DNA of 64,000 nucleotides from Heptranchias perlo (GCF_035084215.1 NC_090340.1:14136001-14200000); one strand, 5' to 3'. Counted from the first letter of the stretch, positions 12,640 to 25,827 are shown. The notes: generated by a model not told the origin, from the letters alone. Numbers and translations: made by a program.

Positions 12640-13247
12640 ATAAATAGAGTCAGAGTAGAAAAGCAAGGAAGTTATGATGAACCTTTATAAAACACTGGTT
12701 CAGCCGCAACTGGAGTATTGTGTCCAATTCTGAGCACCGCACTTTAGGAAAGATGTGAAGGCCTTAGAGAGGGTACAGAAAAGATTTACTAGAATGGTTC
12801 CAGAGATGAGGGACTTCAGTTACATTGATAGACTGGAGAAGCTGTGATTGTTCTCCTTAGTGCAGAGAAGGTTAAGAGGAGATTTGATAGATAGGTTCAA
12901 AATCATGAAGTAAATAAAGAGAAACTGTTACCAGTGGCGGAAGGATCGAGAACCAGAGGTCACAGATTTAAGGTGATTGGCAAAAGAACCAAAGGCGATC
13001 TGAGGAAAAACTTTTTCATGCAGCGAGTAGTTATGATCGGGAATGTACTGCCTGAAAGGGTGGTGGAAGCAGATTCAATCATGGCTTTCAAAAAGGAATT
13101 GGATAAGCACTTGAAGGGAAAAAATATGCAGGGCCACGGGGAAAGAGCGGGGGAATGGGACTAACCAGATTGCTCTTACAAAGAGCCAGCATGGGCTTGA
13201 TGGGCCGAATGGCCTCTTCTGTGCTGTAACCATCCTACGATTCTATG
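12640..13247 (+). mobile_element. CR1 3' fragment
   Basis: TRGHRFKVIGKRTKGDLRKNFF motif followed by the 3' UTR. Confidence 0.9.
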
Positions 13248-13641
13248 TTGGACAGCTGGCTACTCAATTGCAGTGAGGGAGGCATCACAGCAGGACCCGC
13301 TCCTACCCTCAGTTGACAGCCACATGCATTCACATTCCAGTAGGGGTCAGTGGATAGTGACAGTGAGCAGGGATCTTGCCTGCTTTTCCCCACTGCAACG
13401 GAGGCCAGCTCAGTAGTACACTTGCTAAGATCAGTTGACCACAGACCAAGGGTTGAACTTGGGATGCTTATGGATTATCCCACTTTAAGCTATGGAATCT
13501 CCCACTAGCACATTGGAGTCGGGGCTAGAGCAGACTACAATAATTTGCGATTTAGTATTTCTCAGACAGTACATCAAATGCGATGCACTAAATTGAGCCC
13601 ATCAGTTCCAGTGAGTCACCAAGTCTCTTGTCAACTTAATT

Positions 13642-13843
13642 ACAAATGTAAGGAATCTTACAACATCAGGTTATAGTCCAACAAATTTATTTTAAAATCA
13701 CAAGCTTTCGGAGATTATCCCCTTCGTCAGGTGACCTCCGAAAGCTTGTGATTTTAAAATAAATTTGTTGGACTATAACCTGGTGTTGTAAGATTCCTTA
13801 CATTTGTCCACCCCAGTCCATCACCGGCATCTCCACATCATGG
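13642..13843. mobile_element. Young Penelope-like terminal-repeat insertion arranged as a 72-bp inverted repeat
   Basis: Arms 13642-13713 and 13736-13807 with one mismatch; flanking direct repeat caacttaattaca at 13632-13644 and 13844-13856; related to the Penelope end near 36270. Confidence 0.8.
13698..13734 (-). ncRNA. Minimal type I hammerhead ribozyme motif (Penelope-type)
   Basis: Minus strand reads UCAC-CUGACGA-A-GGGGA-UAA-UCUCC-GAAA-GC-UU-GUGA, giving stem I, the catalytic core, stem II and a palindromic stem III. Confidence 0.7.
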
Positions 13844-14544
13844 CAACTTAATTACACGTTACGAAATCTCTTGTGGTGCTGCTCACAGCAACTCAGAGGA
13901 TGTCCCATTTTATAAGGGCATGACCACTGCAGCATATAGAACACAAATGAACTATTCGGATACCAAGATGGAGTTATAAATCCCTTAAAGGCTACAAACT
14001 CTAACTGATGTTAATTGACTTGTGTATGACCTTACTTAAGAGCTTGCAGATATTATGGCACTGGTATTTTCTACTGCCGTAGAAAAGACAGTACAGCACT
14101 CTCTCAGAAGGGCTCACCGTTATTTCAAGTCAAATGGAAGAGCAAGTTCCAGAGTGCGTACATGCGCGGTCAAATGCGGAAATCCAGAAATCGCTCTACC
14201 ATTTGCCCTGCTCGTTTGAAAGCTTCACGTTAAAGAAATCTCGCTGAGTGAATGAATGGACCAGCACGAACTTGCTAAACTGCCCAGCTGGAAACAATCT
14301 AATCTCTCCTTAAAAAAGGTACATTTGGTTTTTTTTAAGGTCTAAACTAACTTTTGACAGCGTGGTAAGTATTAATGACTACCAAACCGCCTCTCTGGCA
14401 CTGAAATTTAACTTTTAAAAATGTGGAGTCTCATTCCTCCCGATATTAATTGTTTTTGGGGACATTTTTTAAAAATTATTTTCCTTTAAAATTGTTACTT
14501 TTTAAAAACTTATTCTTTCTGTCACTTTTATTTCTGTCGTTTAA

Positions 14545-17500
14545 GAACATAAGTAGATAAGAAATAGGAGCAGGAATAGGCCATTTGGCCCCTTGAGCCT
14601 ACTTATTGAATGTTGGAGATCATGGCTGATCTTCGACCTCAACTCCACTTTCCCGTCTGATCCCCATATCCCTTGATTCCCCTAGAGCCCAAAAATCTAT
14701 CCATCTCAGCCTTGAATGTACTCAATGACTCAACATCCACAGCCCTTTGGGGTAGAGAATTCCAAAGATTCACAACCCTCTGCGTGAAGACATTCCTCCT
14801 CGTCTCAGTCTTAAATGGCCGACCCCTTAACTTGAGACTATGACCCGTAGTTCTTGACTCTCCAGTCAGGGGAAACAACCTCTCAGCATCTACCCTGTCC
14901 AGCGCCCCTCAGAATCTTATATGTTTCAATGTGATCACCTCTCATTCTTCTAAACTCCAGGGAGCATAGGCCCATTCTACTCAATCTCTCCTCATATGAC
15001 AACTCTCTCATCCCAGGAATCAATCTAGTAAACCTTCACTGCACTGCCTCTAAGGCAAGTATATATCCAAAACTGTGCATAGTACTCCAGGTGAGGTCTC
15101 ACCAAAGCCCTGTACAATTGTAGCAAGACTCCCTTACTCTTGCATTCCAACCCCTTGCAATAAAGGCCAATATGCCATTTGCCTTCCTAATTGCTTGTTG
15201 TACTATGCTAACTCTGAGTTTTTTCTATGAGGACATCCAAAATCTCTCTGAACACTAACATTTAATAGTTTCTCACCATTTCAAAAATATTCTGTTTTTC
15301 TATTTTTTCCAACCAAAGTGAATAACCTCACATTTCCCCACATTATACTCCATTTGCCATCTTCTTGCCCACTCACTTAACCTGTCTATATCCTTTTGCA
15401 GACTCTGTGTTCTCCTCACAGCTTACTTTCCCACCTAGCTTTGTACCGTCAGCAAACTTGGATGCATTACACTCAGTCCCTTCATCTAAGTCATTAATAT
15501 AGATTGTATATAGCTGAGGCCAAAGCACTGATTCTTGCATTAGTTACAGCCTGCCAACCTGAGAATGACTTGTTTATCCCTACTCTCTGTTGTCTGTCCT
15601 TTAACCAATCCTCTATCCACGCTAATATATTACCCCCAACCCCATGAGCCCTTACCTTGTGTAACAACCTTTTTTGTGGCGCCTTGTCGAATACCTTTTG
15701 AAAATCCAAATATACTACATCTACTGGTTCCCTTCATCTACCCTGCTAGTTACATCCTCAAAAAACTAATACATTTATCAAACACGATTTCCCTTCCATA
15801 AAACCATGTTGACTCTGCCTAATCATATGATTTTCTAAGTGCCCTGTTACCACTTCCTTAATAACGGATTCCAGCATTTTCCTGACAACTGATGTCAGGC
15901 TAACTGGCCTGTAGTTCTGTTTGCTCTCTCCCTCCTTTCTTGAATAGCGGGATCACATTTGCTACCTTCCAATCCACTGGGTCCGTTCCAGAATCTAGGG
16001 AATTTTGGAAGATCACAACCAATGCATCCACTATCTCTGCAGCCACCTCTTTTAGAACCCTGGGATGTAGGCCATCGGGTCCCAGGGATTTGTCCCATTA
16101 ATTTCTCTAGTACTTCTTCTCTACTGATAATTACTTTCTCTCATTAGTCCCTTGGTTCCCCACTATTTTTGGTAAGCATTTTGTGTCTTCTACTGTGAAG
16201 ACAGGTACAAAATATTTGCTTAACGTCTCTGCCATTTCCTTATTCCCCATTATAATTTCTCCTGGCTCAGCCTTTAAGGGACCAACATTTACTTTTGCTA
16301 CTCACTCCCTTTTTACATACTTGTAGAAGCTCTTACAAGCTGTTTTTATATTTCTTGCTAGTTTACTCTCTCATTCTATTTTCTCCCTCATCAATTTTTG
16401 GTCATCCTTTGCTGAATTTTAAAACTCTCCCAATCCTCAGGCTTACTACTCTTCTTGGCAACATTATAAGCCTCTTCTTTTAATCCAATACTATCCTTAA
16501 CTTCTTTAGTTAGCCACAGATAGATCACTTTTCCCGTGGAGTTTATTTCTCAATGGAACGTATGTTTGTTGAGAATATTGAAATATTTCTTTAAATGTTT
16601 GCCATTGCTTTTCAACCGTCATACCCTTTAATTTAATTTCCCAATCTACCTTAGCCAACTCACCTCTCACACCTGTGTAAACGGCTTTATTTAAGTTTAA
16701 GACTCTAGTTTCTGATTTCAATACCTCACTCTCAAACTCATTGTGAAATTCTATCATATTATGATCACTCTTCCCCAGAGAAAGACTATGAGATTACGAA
16801 TTAGTCAGATTACTAATCAACCCTGTCTCATTACACAAGGTCTAAATTACCTGTTCCCTGGTTGGTTCCGTAATGTACTGTTCTAGGAAACTGTCTCGAA
16901 TGCATTCCATGGACTCATCCTCCAGACTACCTTTGCCAATTTGATTTGCCCAGTCTATTTGAAGATTAAAGTCCCCCATGATTACTGCATTACCTTTGTT
17001 ACGAGCTCCTATTACTTCATGATTAATACTCTGTCCAATGGTATAGCTACTCCCACCAGTGTTTTCTGCCCTTTGTTATTTCTTATTTCCACCCAGACTG
17101 ATTCTACTTCCTGATCATCTGAGCCAAGGTCCTTTCTCACCACTGTCCTTATGTCACCCTTTATTATCAGGGCTTCCCCCCTCCTTTTCCATTCAGCCTG
17201 TCTTTTCGAAACATCAAGTACCCTGGAATATTTATTTACCAACCTTGTTCACCTTGCAACCACGTTTCTGTAATGGCTATAGATCAAACCCATTTATCTC
17301 TATTTGTGCCACTAATTCGTCGATCTTGTTACAAATGCTTCATGCATTCAGATAAAGAGCCTTTAATTTTAACTTTTTAACCATTACTTCCTGCTTTGAC
17401 CTTATTCGTTGATGCACTATTTCCATTAAACTCTCTGTCCTTTCCTGTCACACTCTGCTTATCTTATCTTTACCCAAATTGTTGCACTGCTCTATTGCCT

Positions 17501-18080
17501 TGTCTTCTCTCTTTAGATTTCTAAATTTCCCTTCACCTGACCCCTCTCCCCACCCTTTTTAGTTTAAAAGCCCTATCTGCAGCTCTAGTTATTCAATTCC
17601 TCCCACACCACTCTTTGAGCCACGCATTTAACTCTCTGATCTGTTTGTCCCTATGCCAATTTGCGCGCGGCTCAGGTGGTAATTCAGAGATTATCACCTT
17701 TGAGGTTCTGCTTATTAAATTTAGATTCTAGCTCCTCAAACTCCCTCAGCAGAACCTCATTCTTAGTTCTACCTACGCGTTGGTTCCTACGTGGACAATG
17801 ACAACTGGATCCTCCCCCTCATGCTCCAAGTTCTTTGCCAGCCGCAAGGAGATATCCTTAACCCTGGCACTGGGCAGGTAACACAGCCTTCGGGACTCCC
17901 GCTTGCAGCTGCAGAGAACAGTATCTATCTTTCTGGCTATACTATCCCCATCACTACCACATTCCTTTTTACTCCCCCCACTTGAATGGCCCCCGGTGCC
18001 ATGGTCAGTTTGCCCATCCTCCCTGCAGTCCTTGTTCTCATCCATACAGGTCGCAAGTACCTCGTACCGGTTGGACAAGG
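14545..18080 (-). mobile_element. Long degraded CR1 LINE (ORF2 fragments plus an ORF1 esterase-like fragment)
   Basis: Fragments MDFQKVFDKAP, ESVWVEIRN and VVNLWNSLPQ; ORF1-like GDSIARKID...VHVGTN at 17773-18078. Confidence 0.9.
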
Positions 18081-21000
18081 TCTTTTTAATCTTGCCCTCT
18101 TTTTATTTTGCTTTCTTTAACTGATTTTATAGTGAATTTACTAATCTGTCTGATACTTCCTGGTTCTTAGTCTGCGTGGCTTGTGAAGGAGGCTTCGAGC
18201 TGATTGGTCGAGGGGAGCGAGAGCTCCTTTCCTTGCTCTCACAGCTCAGAGTAGCCTGGGAATGAACGCTGCACTTCTTGCAGGTCTCCATTGAGGCACG
18301 TTGGCATCCAGAAACTCGCGAAAGATTTGTGGGTGTGTTAATTACTTATGAGTGGCAGGCGACGTTCGTTCGCCGCTCAGCGCAATTTCCGGGCCATTGT
18401 GTCCAAGTTTCTGGAGTGGGACTTGAACCCACAACTTTCTGACTCAGAGGCAAGGCCACCACCTTCGATAAATAGTTGAAGCATTACAGCATATTAAAAA
18501 AAAATAGCCCCTGTAAAAATATGTTGGTACTCCATATATCCAGCACTTAAACCAATTAACTCCTTAGAAATGCTTCAGCAGACACTGATTTGAGTCAATC
18601 ACTCATCGTGCCCAGTTTTTGCTGGCGTATGAGCATGTAATCACAAATTAATAACACATTTATAGTCGCAGGAGGCTAACAGACTGAGTGAGGTTCAGGA
18701 ACAGAAAAATGATTTGACTCTGACTACAAAAATCAATTGCAATGATTCTCACAGATGACTGTACTTTAAATGCAAGTAGAGTTTTCTCTTGCCATTGTTC
18801 CCAATACATTGGCAGAGCAATTGGAAGATGTCCATCTTCCATTTTCAGGACCGTATACTGGTATTCGTTGGCACTGTAAAGGCTGATTTTTTTTTTTTAC
18901 AAGACCAGATGTCAACCAATCAATTTTATGTAGGCAATTACTGATTCAAGCAACCAACAGCCGAGACTGAGGCCATCTTCATCCGATATGCACAAACACT
19001 TTACAGCAGCAATCACCAGACAGCGACAGCGATCAGGAGCAGGATCCCTGGTCAGTTTTACACTTGGTAAACGAGAGACATAGAGGCCAATTGTTGTACA
19101 CCTTCATCCCCTGCCCAAACAGCAAACTCAACACAGACATAGGATCGGACCAGAGACCTTCCCGGCTGTGTGGGTCAGCTACCCACTTCAACTCAGAGCT
19201 GGGGAAGTGGGGAGGTTTCCCTGGAACTTGTTTTGTTTTTAAAATGCACAATTGGAAATTGAGCCAATTTCCAGTTCTCATTTCGAACAGAAAACTTTCA
19301 GAGGGACGTTTCATATGATTGCTGATCTCGATGGTTATTGAGTCTCCCAGGTTTATACAGGCTCTCAGGAAGTTTAAAATCTATAAACTTAATCATACCC
19401 CTCCCCATTTTGAATAGACATAAGTAAAACAAAGATAAGCAGGAAAGAATATAGAGCTACCCTCCAACTTTACAGAATTCAGGAGGAAAAATAGGAGTTA
19501 AAAAACTGAGAATTTAGACCTGGTTACCCCATTCGACTTTCAAAAAACATTGAAAGAGAGAGATGTAATTTTTTTTAAAAAATAAGTCTGATTTTTTTGT
19601 CCTCCCAAACCTTACATATAAAAACATTTTATTAAACCACTGGACACTTCTGAATGCACAGTGCACACAACCGGATAGTACAATGGGCACGTTGCTACGA
19701 CTGTACACACAGTGGAAGCAATGTTTTAGATTCACAAGTCTGCATTTTAACCCACTACTTCTTAAAGAAAAAGAGTTATGTCGTAGAGATAAATAATTTT
19801 AAGATAATTGACAAGACTAATGTAAACTTGTTCATCTTACAACACAAGATAACCTGCATAGTTTGACAATTGAAGATGCAGTATTTAAGGGATTAAAAGA
19901 CTAAGAAGTACAGCAAGGGTTTAAAGGCTAGGAAATATTTTAAAAATTTACTTTAATGTTGCATGATTTCTAACACTTAAACACCCATATAAGATTTTAA
20001 AATACAGTACAGATAAGCCCAAAGAGTATTTTTTAAATGTTTTTTTAAACATTACTAGCTGATTTCCCGAGGCAATGCTCAGAGATAGTCTGGAGCACGG
20101 TCATGATGTTTAGCTGTTAAGATGGAGCTGTGTTTAACCTGGCCTGTCTTTAAGGGCACGACTCAGATACTCCCTGTGGGAAATTAGGATAATTGATAAG
20201 GGGAGTTTCTGCATATTTATAGTTGCTTGTAAATCTCCAGCTTCTGCCTTTGAGGAGAGGCTAAGTTGTCAAGGTCAGAAAGATCAGCGGGAAATGGTTG
20301 ACTCCCTATGTCCATTTTGAAAATGATATTTTGTTAAAGTGTGACATACAAAGTGTGTTGGACGTGTGTTAGATGAACTGTGGGGGGGAAAAAAAGACTG
20401 AGCAGCGCAATTACAGATTATGTCTTTCCAAATTTGGGTTGTGTCTGGAAAGAACTTTTTGAGCAATACAACACAAAAGTGAAGTATTGGTGGCTATAGA
20501 TCCACCACAGGCAGTAGGAATGGGCTCCTTATGGGAAGAGAGAGAGAGAGAGAAGAATGGATATTACCTACAACCTGAGGGGCATATTTGGTCCACAAGC
20601 CTAGGCACAGCACCGGTGTCCACTCAGTTTCTCTGATTTTTTAATCTTATGCTGCACGGTTCAGTTCGTCTGCTTGAATTTGGCAGGGCTGGCAATTTGA
20701 ACAGGTCTGTTCTCAGCACTCATAGGTTGGTTCAGGATTTATCTACCAATGAAGATGCAGCGCAAAGAACAGCACTTTCAACTTGCCAGTCCTACCAAAT
20801 TCCAGCAGTTGAACCCTGCAGCACTGAAAAAAGGAAATCAAAAACAAAGCAGCAAATTCAAACAGTTACTTTGCAACTTACCTTTGGGTGTGGGCTTTTA
20901 TATGCTCTTAACTACAATTGGTTAATTTAAGTCCAATGTCAAGAAGCTGGGGAGGATGAGTACCTTTGTGTGTATTTCACAATCACATAAAATTTTAATT

Positions 21001-21537
21001 TAGCTAAAGATGGTTAGCAACGGCTTTAGAACCAGATCACAAGATCATTACAGATGAGGAGGGCCAGCCAGATTGACCCTATGGCAGGATCAACAATGAT
21101 GCAGGCAACGAAAACAAAAAGAAAATCTAGGCCTTCCTGCAATGAAGACCTACATTCATATTTAAAAAGTTTGGGGGGGGGTACATAAAAAAATTACCCT
21201 GCACACAATATGCCAAAATACACAATAATAAAAATGATCCATTTCCCCATCCACAAAAAAGTTACTGTCACTTTATCGTGAAGCCAGGCCTCCCTTTAAT
21301 CCTGTAATTCAGGTGCATTATCAGCTCCACTTCTCCATTTTGTTTTGCAAAATCTACACAGAACCATTAACTAAGAGCAGGTGAATGCAATCCAGCATTG
21401 CTGAGTGTGGAATCCCATGCCAATGTATAGATTCGCATTAAAGGCAGAGGCAAAGGTGTTTTCACATAAATACACGCATCAACTCCTGAAAAACAAATCA
21501 GATTTTTGTTTTAAAACTATAAAAGTATTTCGCTTAC

Positions 21538-21960
21538 CTGTTCAGACTTCAGTCCCTAAAGTGTTATTCCCAAGTCAACTATGCGTTGAAAGAGGTGATC
21601 CGTCCAATCTATTCCTTCAGTGCGATTCTAACTCATGGTTGCATTACTGCACGGCAAAGGCTTCAAATCCTTCAAACGAAGACCCAAAGTTTAGTTTATA
21701 TTCACCCGGAGATCCTACAAACTGGTAGAACCAGCAACAATTCCCCAGGCTCTGAGAGAGAAAGCACTCTGACACCATCCCATCCGGGTTATCAACACAC
21801 CTGAGCCAGGTAAATGATCAGATTGTCCACAGACTGAAGGACAAGCTTTACCCGTAATAAATAAAGCTAAATCCCAAATACTTTGTGTCACTGCAATTTT
21901 TGTTTGTATGCTTTTCACTTGTGCAAACTCAACTCAACTCAAATCCCCCTTTATCCGGCA
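21538..21960 (-). other. Candidate untranslated first exon of AHR
   Basis: Strong donor cag|gtaagc at 21537, just downstream of the CpG island on the minus strand; the 5' end is uncertain. Confidence 0.5.
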
Positions 21961-22500
21961 AACTCCGCTCCATCGCATCCGAAGCGCCTGTCCGCCGCCC
22001 CTGAGTCTTTCTTGTCAATCAACCAGGTTCACAGGTTCCGATTGGCTGCAGCTTGGCCTTGGATCCCGCCCCCTCGCTAGGCTCCTCCCCCCTCCCACAC
22101 AGTGCTGGCGCCCAGTTACAGCGCCACGCCGCGGCCGTTAGTGAAATAGCAGGGGTAGCGCGCAAAGCCTTCCGGGTAGTGTAGTTCTCGCCGAACCTTC
22201 CTGGAAAGAAGCGCCTCCCGCCGAACTGCAACTCCCAGAGTACACTGGGGGGGGGGGCGCTAAGCGCATGCGCGTAAAGAATCCCTTTTCAAATCGATGG
22301 CGGCGAGGTAGGTGCTGAGGAACCTGAGGTGTGCGAGGGTCGGAAAGAGTAGTGACCGTGGCTCCGCGCCCGGGAGTTCTGTCTAACGGCTTGTTTCGAG
22401 GGTGTAGTCGGGCCGGGGCCCGGTACTGGTTACCGGGGAGCTGTGTGAGGCCGCTCGCTCGCGCCAATCAGTAGCCTCAGGCAGAGCCCGCGCAAGGTTG
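21950..22500. promoter_or_regulatory. CpG-island promoter, probably bidirectional
   Basis: CpG-dense. Reverse CCAAT 22041, GC box 22065, ETS-like cttccgg 22169, ZNF143-like aactgcaactcccaga 22224, NRF1 palindrome gcgcatgcgc 22264-22273, pyrimidine initiator cccttttc 22283, YY1-like gatggcgg 22296, CCAAT near 22463. Confidence 0.85.
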
Positions 22501-23040
22501 AGCCTTCATGAGGAGCAATGTGCTGGGCCTGGGGCTTCCTCAGGGAAAATTCACTGCGAATGTTGTCATTCAGCAGAAGTAGCACCACTGCAGTTGTAGG
22601 TGCACCTTTCTTAATCCGTGCCGGGGGAGAGATGGGGGGGGGGGTGAAAAACTACCAGAGTCGGTCAGTTCAATGGGTCGATTGCATTGCCCAGCGTGGA
22701 GTATGAGCCGTTCAGATTACAACGGTCTCGGGTTCCATCCCTGATTGTGCCGAGCTAATTGCTCTCATCTGGGGAAGCGGTAGGAGAGTTACAATTGGCC
22801 TCAGCACAACCAGATTCAGAAAGGGGGGAATATCAGGCACCCGATCACTGTCCAGGGGACCCTGCTGGAAGGCTGTATGTGTGGGCATCCAATGAGGACA
22901 GGAGGGTTGCTTGTGGAACCGAACCCATAATTTTGCTGAAAGACCGATCAGGAGCTTTGAAGCTTGTTTTTGAGGGATGGGGGAAGCATGTTAACCAGGG
23001 GAGGGAGAATTCACAGGCACATGCAATGATGGTTGGAGGT

Positions 23041-23215
23041 ACATAGGAACAGGAGTAGGCCATTCAGCCCCTAGTGCCTGCTCCGCCATTAGATAAGATC
23101 ATGGCTGATCTGTGATCTAACTCCATATACCCGCCTTTGGCCCATATCCCTTAATACCTTTGATTGCCAAAAAGCTATCCATCTCAGATTTAAATTTAGC
23201 AATTGAGCTGGTATC
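23041..23215 (-). mobile_element. CR1 3' tail fragment
   Basis: acataggaacaggagtaggccattcagccc is the reverse complement of the CR1 3' end seen near 56740. Confidence 0.75.
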
Positions 23216-23459
23216 AATGGCTGGAAATTAATGTTGAGCAGAATTTTGGGATCACAGCAAAAATACTAATTTATAAGAATAAATGACTTTCTTGGGCAAA
23301 ATATTTTTAATTTTTTGGTATTAATTTTGTACACACTGGAAGCAATTTTTCAACCTCGGAGTAAAATTCCTGTCTGCTATTTTGTTTATATGCTGAATTT
23401 TAACTAATTCATTGGAGACAGAAGTTTCATCTCTTGGAAATATCCTTTTTTCTTCCCTG

Positions 23460-23535
23460 CTTCTGTGATGAGTAATGTTTGGCATGTATTATCTGAACAG
23501 CCAGTGAAGAGCATTAAAATGATTACTCTGAGAGC
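23460..23535 (+). ncRNA. Box C/D snoRNA, SNORD45-like, copy 1
   Basis: C box GTGATGA 23465; D' CTGA preceded by TTGGCATGTATTA, antisense to 18S UAAUACAUGCC; C'-like GTGAAGA; D box CTGA 23528; terminal stem gctt/gagc. Confidence 0.85.
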
Positions 23536-23844
23536 TTGGGATATTCCTTTCCATTTTGTTGAATCTGTTCACAGGTAGTTTATCTGAGCAGTAAGTGTTT
23601 AAGCACTACAAGTACATGTTTCTTGCTGATGTTTTGTTTTGTCGCTGGGTCAAAATCCTGGAACTCCCTACCTAACAGCACTGTGGGAGAACCTTCACCA
23701 CATGGACTGCAGCGGTTCAAGAAGGCGGCTCACCACCATCTTCTCAAGGGCAATTAGGGATGAGCAATAAATGTTGGCCTTGCCAGCGATGCCCACATCC
23801 AACGAATAAAAAAAATATAGAAATGTAGAATTTTACAGCACAAA

Positions 23845-24290
23845 AAAGAAAGAAACTTGAATTTATATAGCGCCTTTCACGATCTCAGGGCGTCCCAAAG
23901 CACTTAACACATGCTCACTGTTATAATAGATGTAGGAAACTGGGCAGCCAATTTGTGCACCGCAAGGTCCCACAAACGGCAATGAGGTAAACGACCAGAT
24001 CATCTATTTTAGATGTTGGTTGAGGGATAAATGTTGGCCAGGACACCGAGAGAACTTCCCTGCTCTTCGAATAGTGCCATGGGCTCTTTTACATCCTCCT
24101 GAGAGGGCAGAAGACCCCCTTGGTTTTATGTCTTATCTGAAAGACGATACCTCCGGTAGTGCAGCACTCCCTCAGTATTGCAATGGAGCGCCAGCCTACA
24201 TTACGTACTCAAGTCTCTGGAGTGGGGCTTGAACCCTCAACTTTTTGACTCCAAGGCAAACATGCTACCACTGAGCCAAAGCTGACACTG
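23845..24290 (-). mobile_element. Deu-domain SINE
   Basis: Reverse complement of the 732-1195 family. Confidence 0.8.
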
Positions 24291-24789
24291 CAGAACGAGG
24301 CCTTTCCCCCACTGTGCCTGCCCAGGCTCTCTGAAAGAGCTTTCTGTTCAGTCCCTGCCCTTTTCCCATACCCTTTAAAATTTGCCTTTTTCAAATATTT
24401 ACCAGTAACTGTTTAAAAGCAATTATGGATTCTATGCTGCTGCTGTTTCTGGTGGGGCATTCCATATCTTAATGCTCTACACAAAGAAATTCCCCATACC
24501 TCCTCCTTTTGTTCTTTTGGTGATGACCTTAAATTTATGCCATCTAGTTACTGACTGTGCAGTGGAAATCTTAGCAAAGCTCCTCATAATTACTTGCTGC
24601 CTATTTTATGAATGTACTGAAGAAATATTTAAAAGCTTTCAAAATGTAGTACAGGTTTCTATTTTTCTTAACCTTTACCCAATTGAATATATGGGGCTTT
24701 GTAGGATTGAGTGTATCAAGTACTGTGATATGTTTAATGGGGGATTGTCAACCAATTTAGGGCAGGATAGGGCTCAGTGTTATTTTTGC

Positions 24790-25185
24790 TGGTGATCACA
24801 TCACTCCTCTCACCTCTGAATCAGAAGGTTGTATTCTAGGACTGGAGCACATAATCTAGACAGGCACTCGGTGCAGTACTGAGTAAGCGCTGCATTTCTG
24901 GAGGTGAGACATTAAACTGAGGCCGTATCTGCCTGTTCAAGTGGCTCAGATGGACATTAAAGATCCCGTGACATTATTCAAAAAAGTGCGGGGAGTTATC
25001 CTGGTGTCTGGCCGTCAAAACGGATCAACAATCCATTCATTTCATTAGTATTTGAGACCTTGCTGTGTCAAAATATCTGCAATATTTGCTTTCATAAAAA
25101 CAATCACTGCTTTTCAAGGTAATTGATTGTACGTCGAGCACACAGAGACGTCTGAGACATGAGGCGTTGTGTGAATGTAAGTCAC
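24790..25185 (+). mobile_element. Old Deu-domain SINE duplicated with the tandem unit (other copies about 28310-28630 and 31850-32170)
   Basis: SINE head and tail occur at the same place in all three units. Confidence 0.7.
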
Positions 25186-25827
25186 GCACCATTTCAGCAT
25201 ACCATTTATGATGTGAAGGCTGTCATTGTGTTGATACACAGAGAGATCAAAACCTTTCCCAGTAACTTTCCATGGGTGTTTGATGTTCTTTTAAAGAAGG
25301 TTTCACTAACAGTACCCTTCCAGCCCAAACATCGGACTATTCCTAAGATGTCTCACTAACCTTTAATATCCTTTTATTGTTCTGAACAGTGGGCAGTGGT
25401 GACCTCATTTAAGAGAACGGTTGGGAGAAGTTACTTAGTCTCACCATGTGAAGATGCTTGTTTGAAATAAAGAATCAGTGGATAATCGTGATATCTATTG
25501 ATGTTTAAGGAGTGAGGAGAGACACACAGTGACAAGGTACAATACTGTCTGTATTCTTGGAACTTTATGTTGAGCAACAGTTGGCAATCTTGACAAACCA
25601 GAATAAATAGCCGTAGTTATTTCGTACACATAACATGATGGGGTTTAACTTCCGAGATACACTGATTAATTGCTTCAAAATACTTGTTAAAAAACACTTG
25701 ACAGGTTAATGACTGCATTAAAATACGACACAAAGGAAAATGTAATTATTTAAATGTTGAATTTTTTTGCTGTTTGCGTAAAGCTTTTAAATCTGAACCC
25801 TGGAAGTACTCTCTTTCTCCACCCCCC

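Noticed and set aside
25205-25390. ATGATGT...CTGA segment repeated three times, read as a long C/D snoRNA or scaRNA
   Set aside because: The C box is imperfect, and the CTGA lies within a branch point (cactaac), pyrimidine tract and ag acceptor; the similarity is explained by the tandem duplication.
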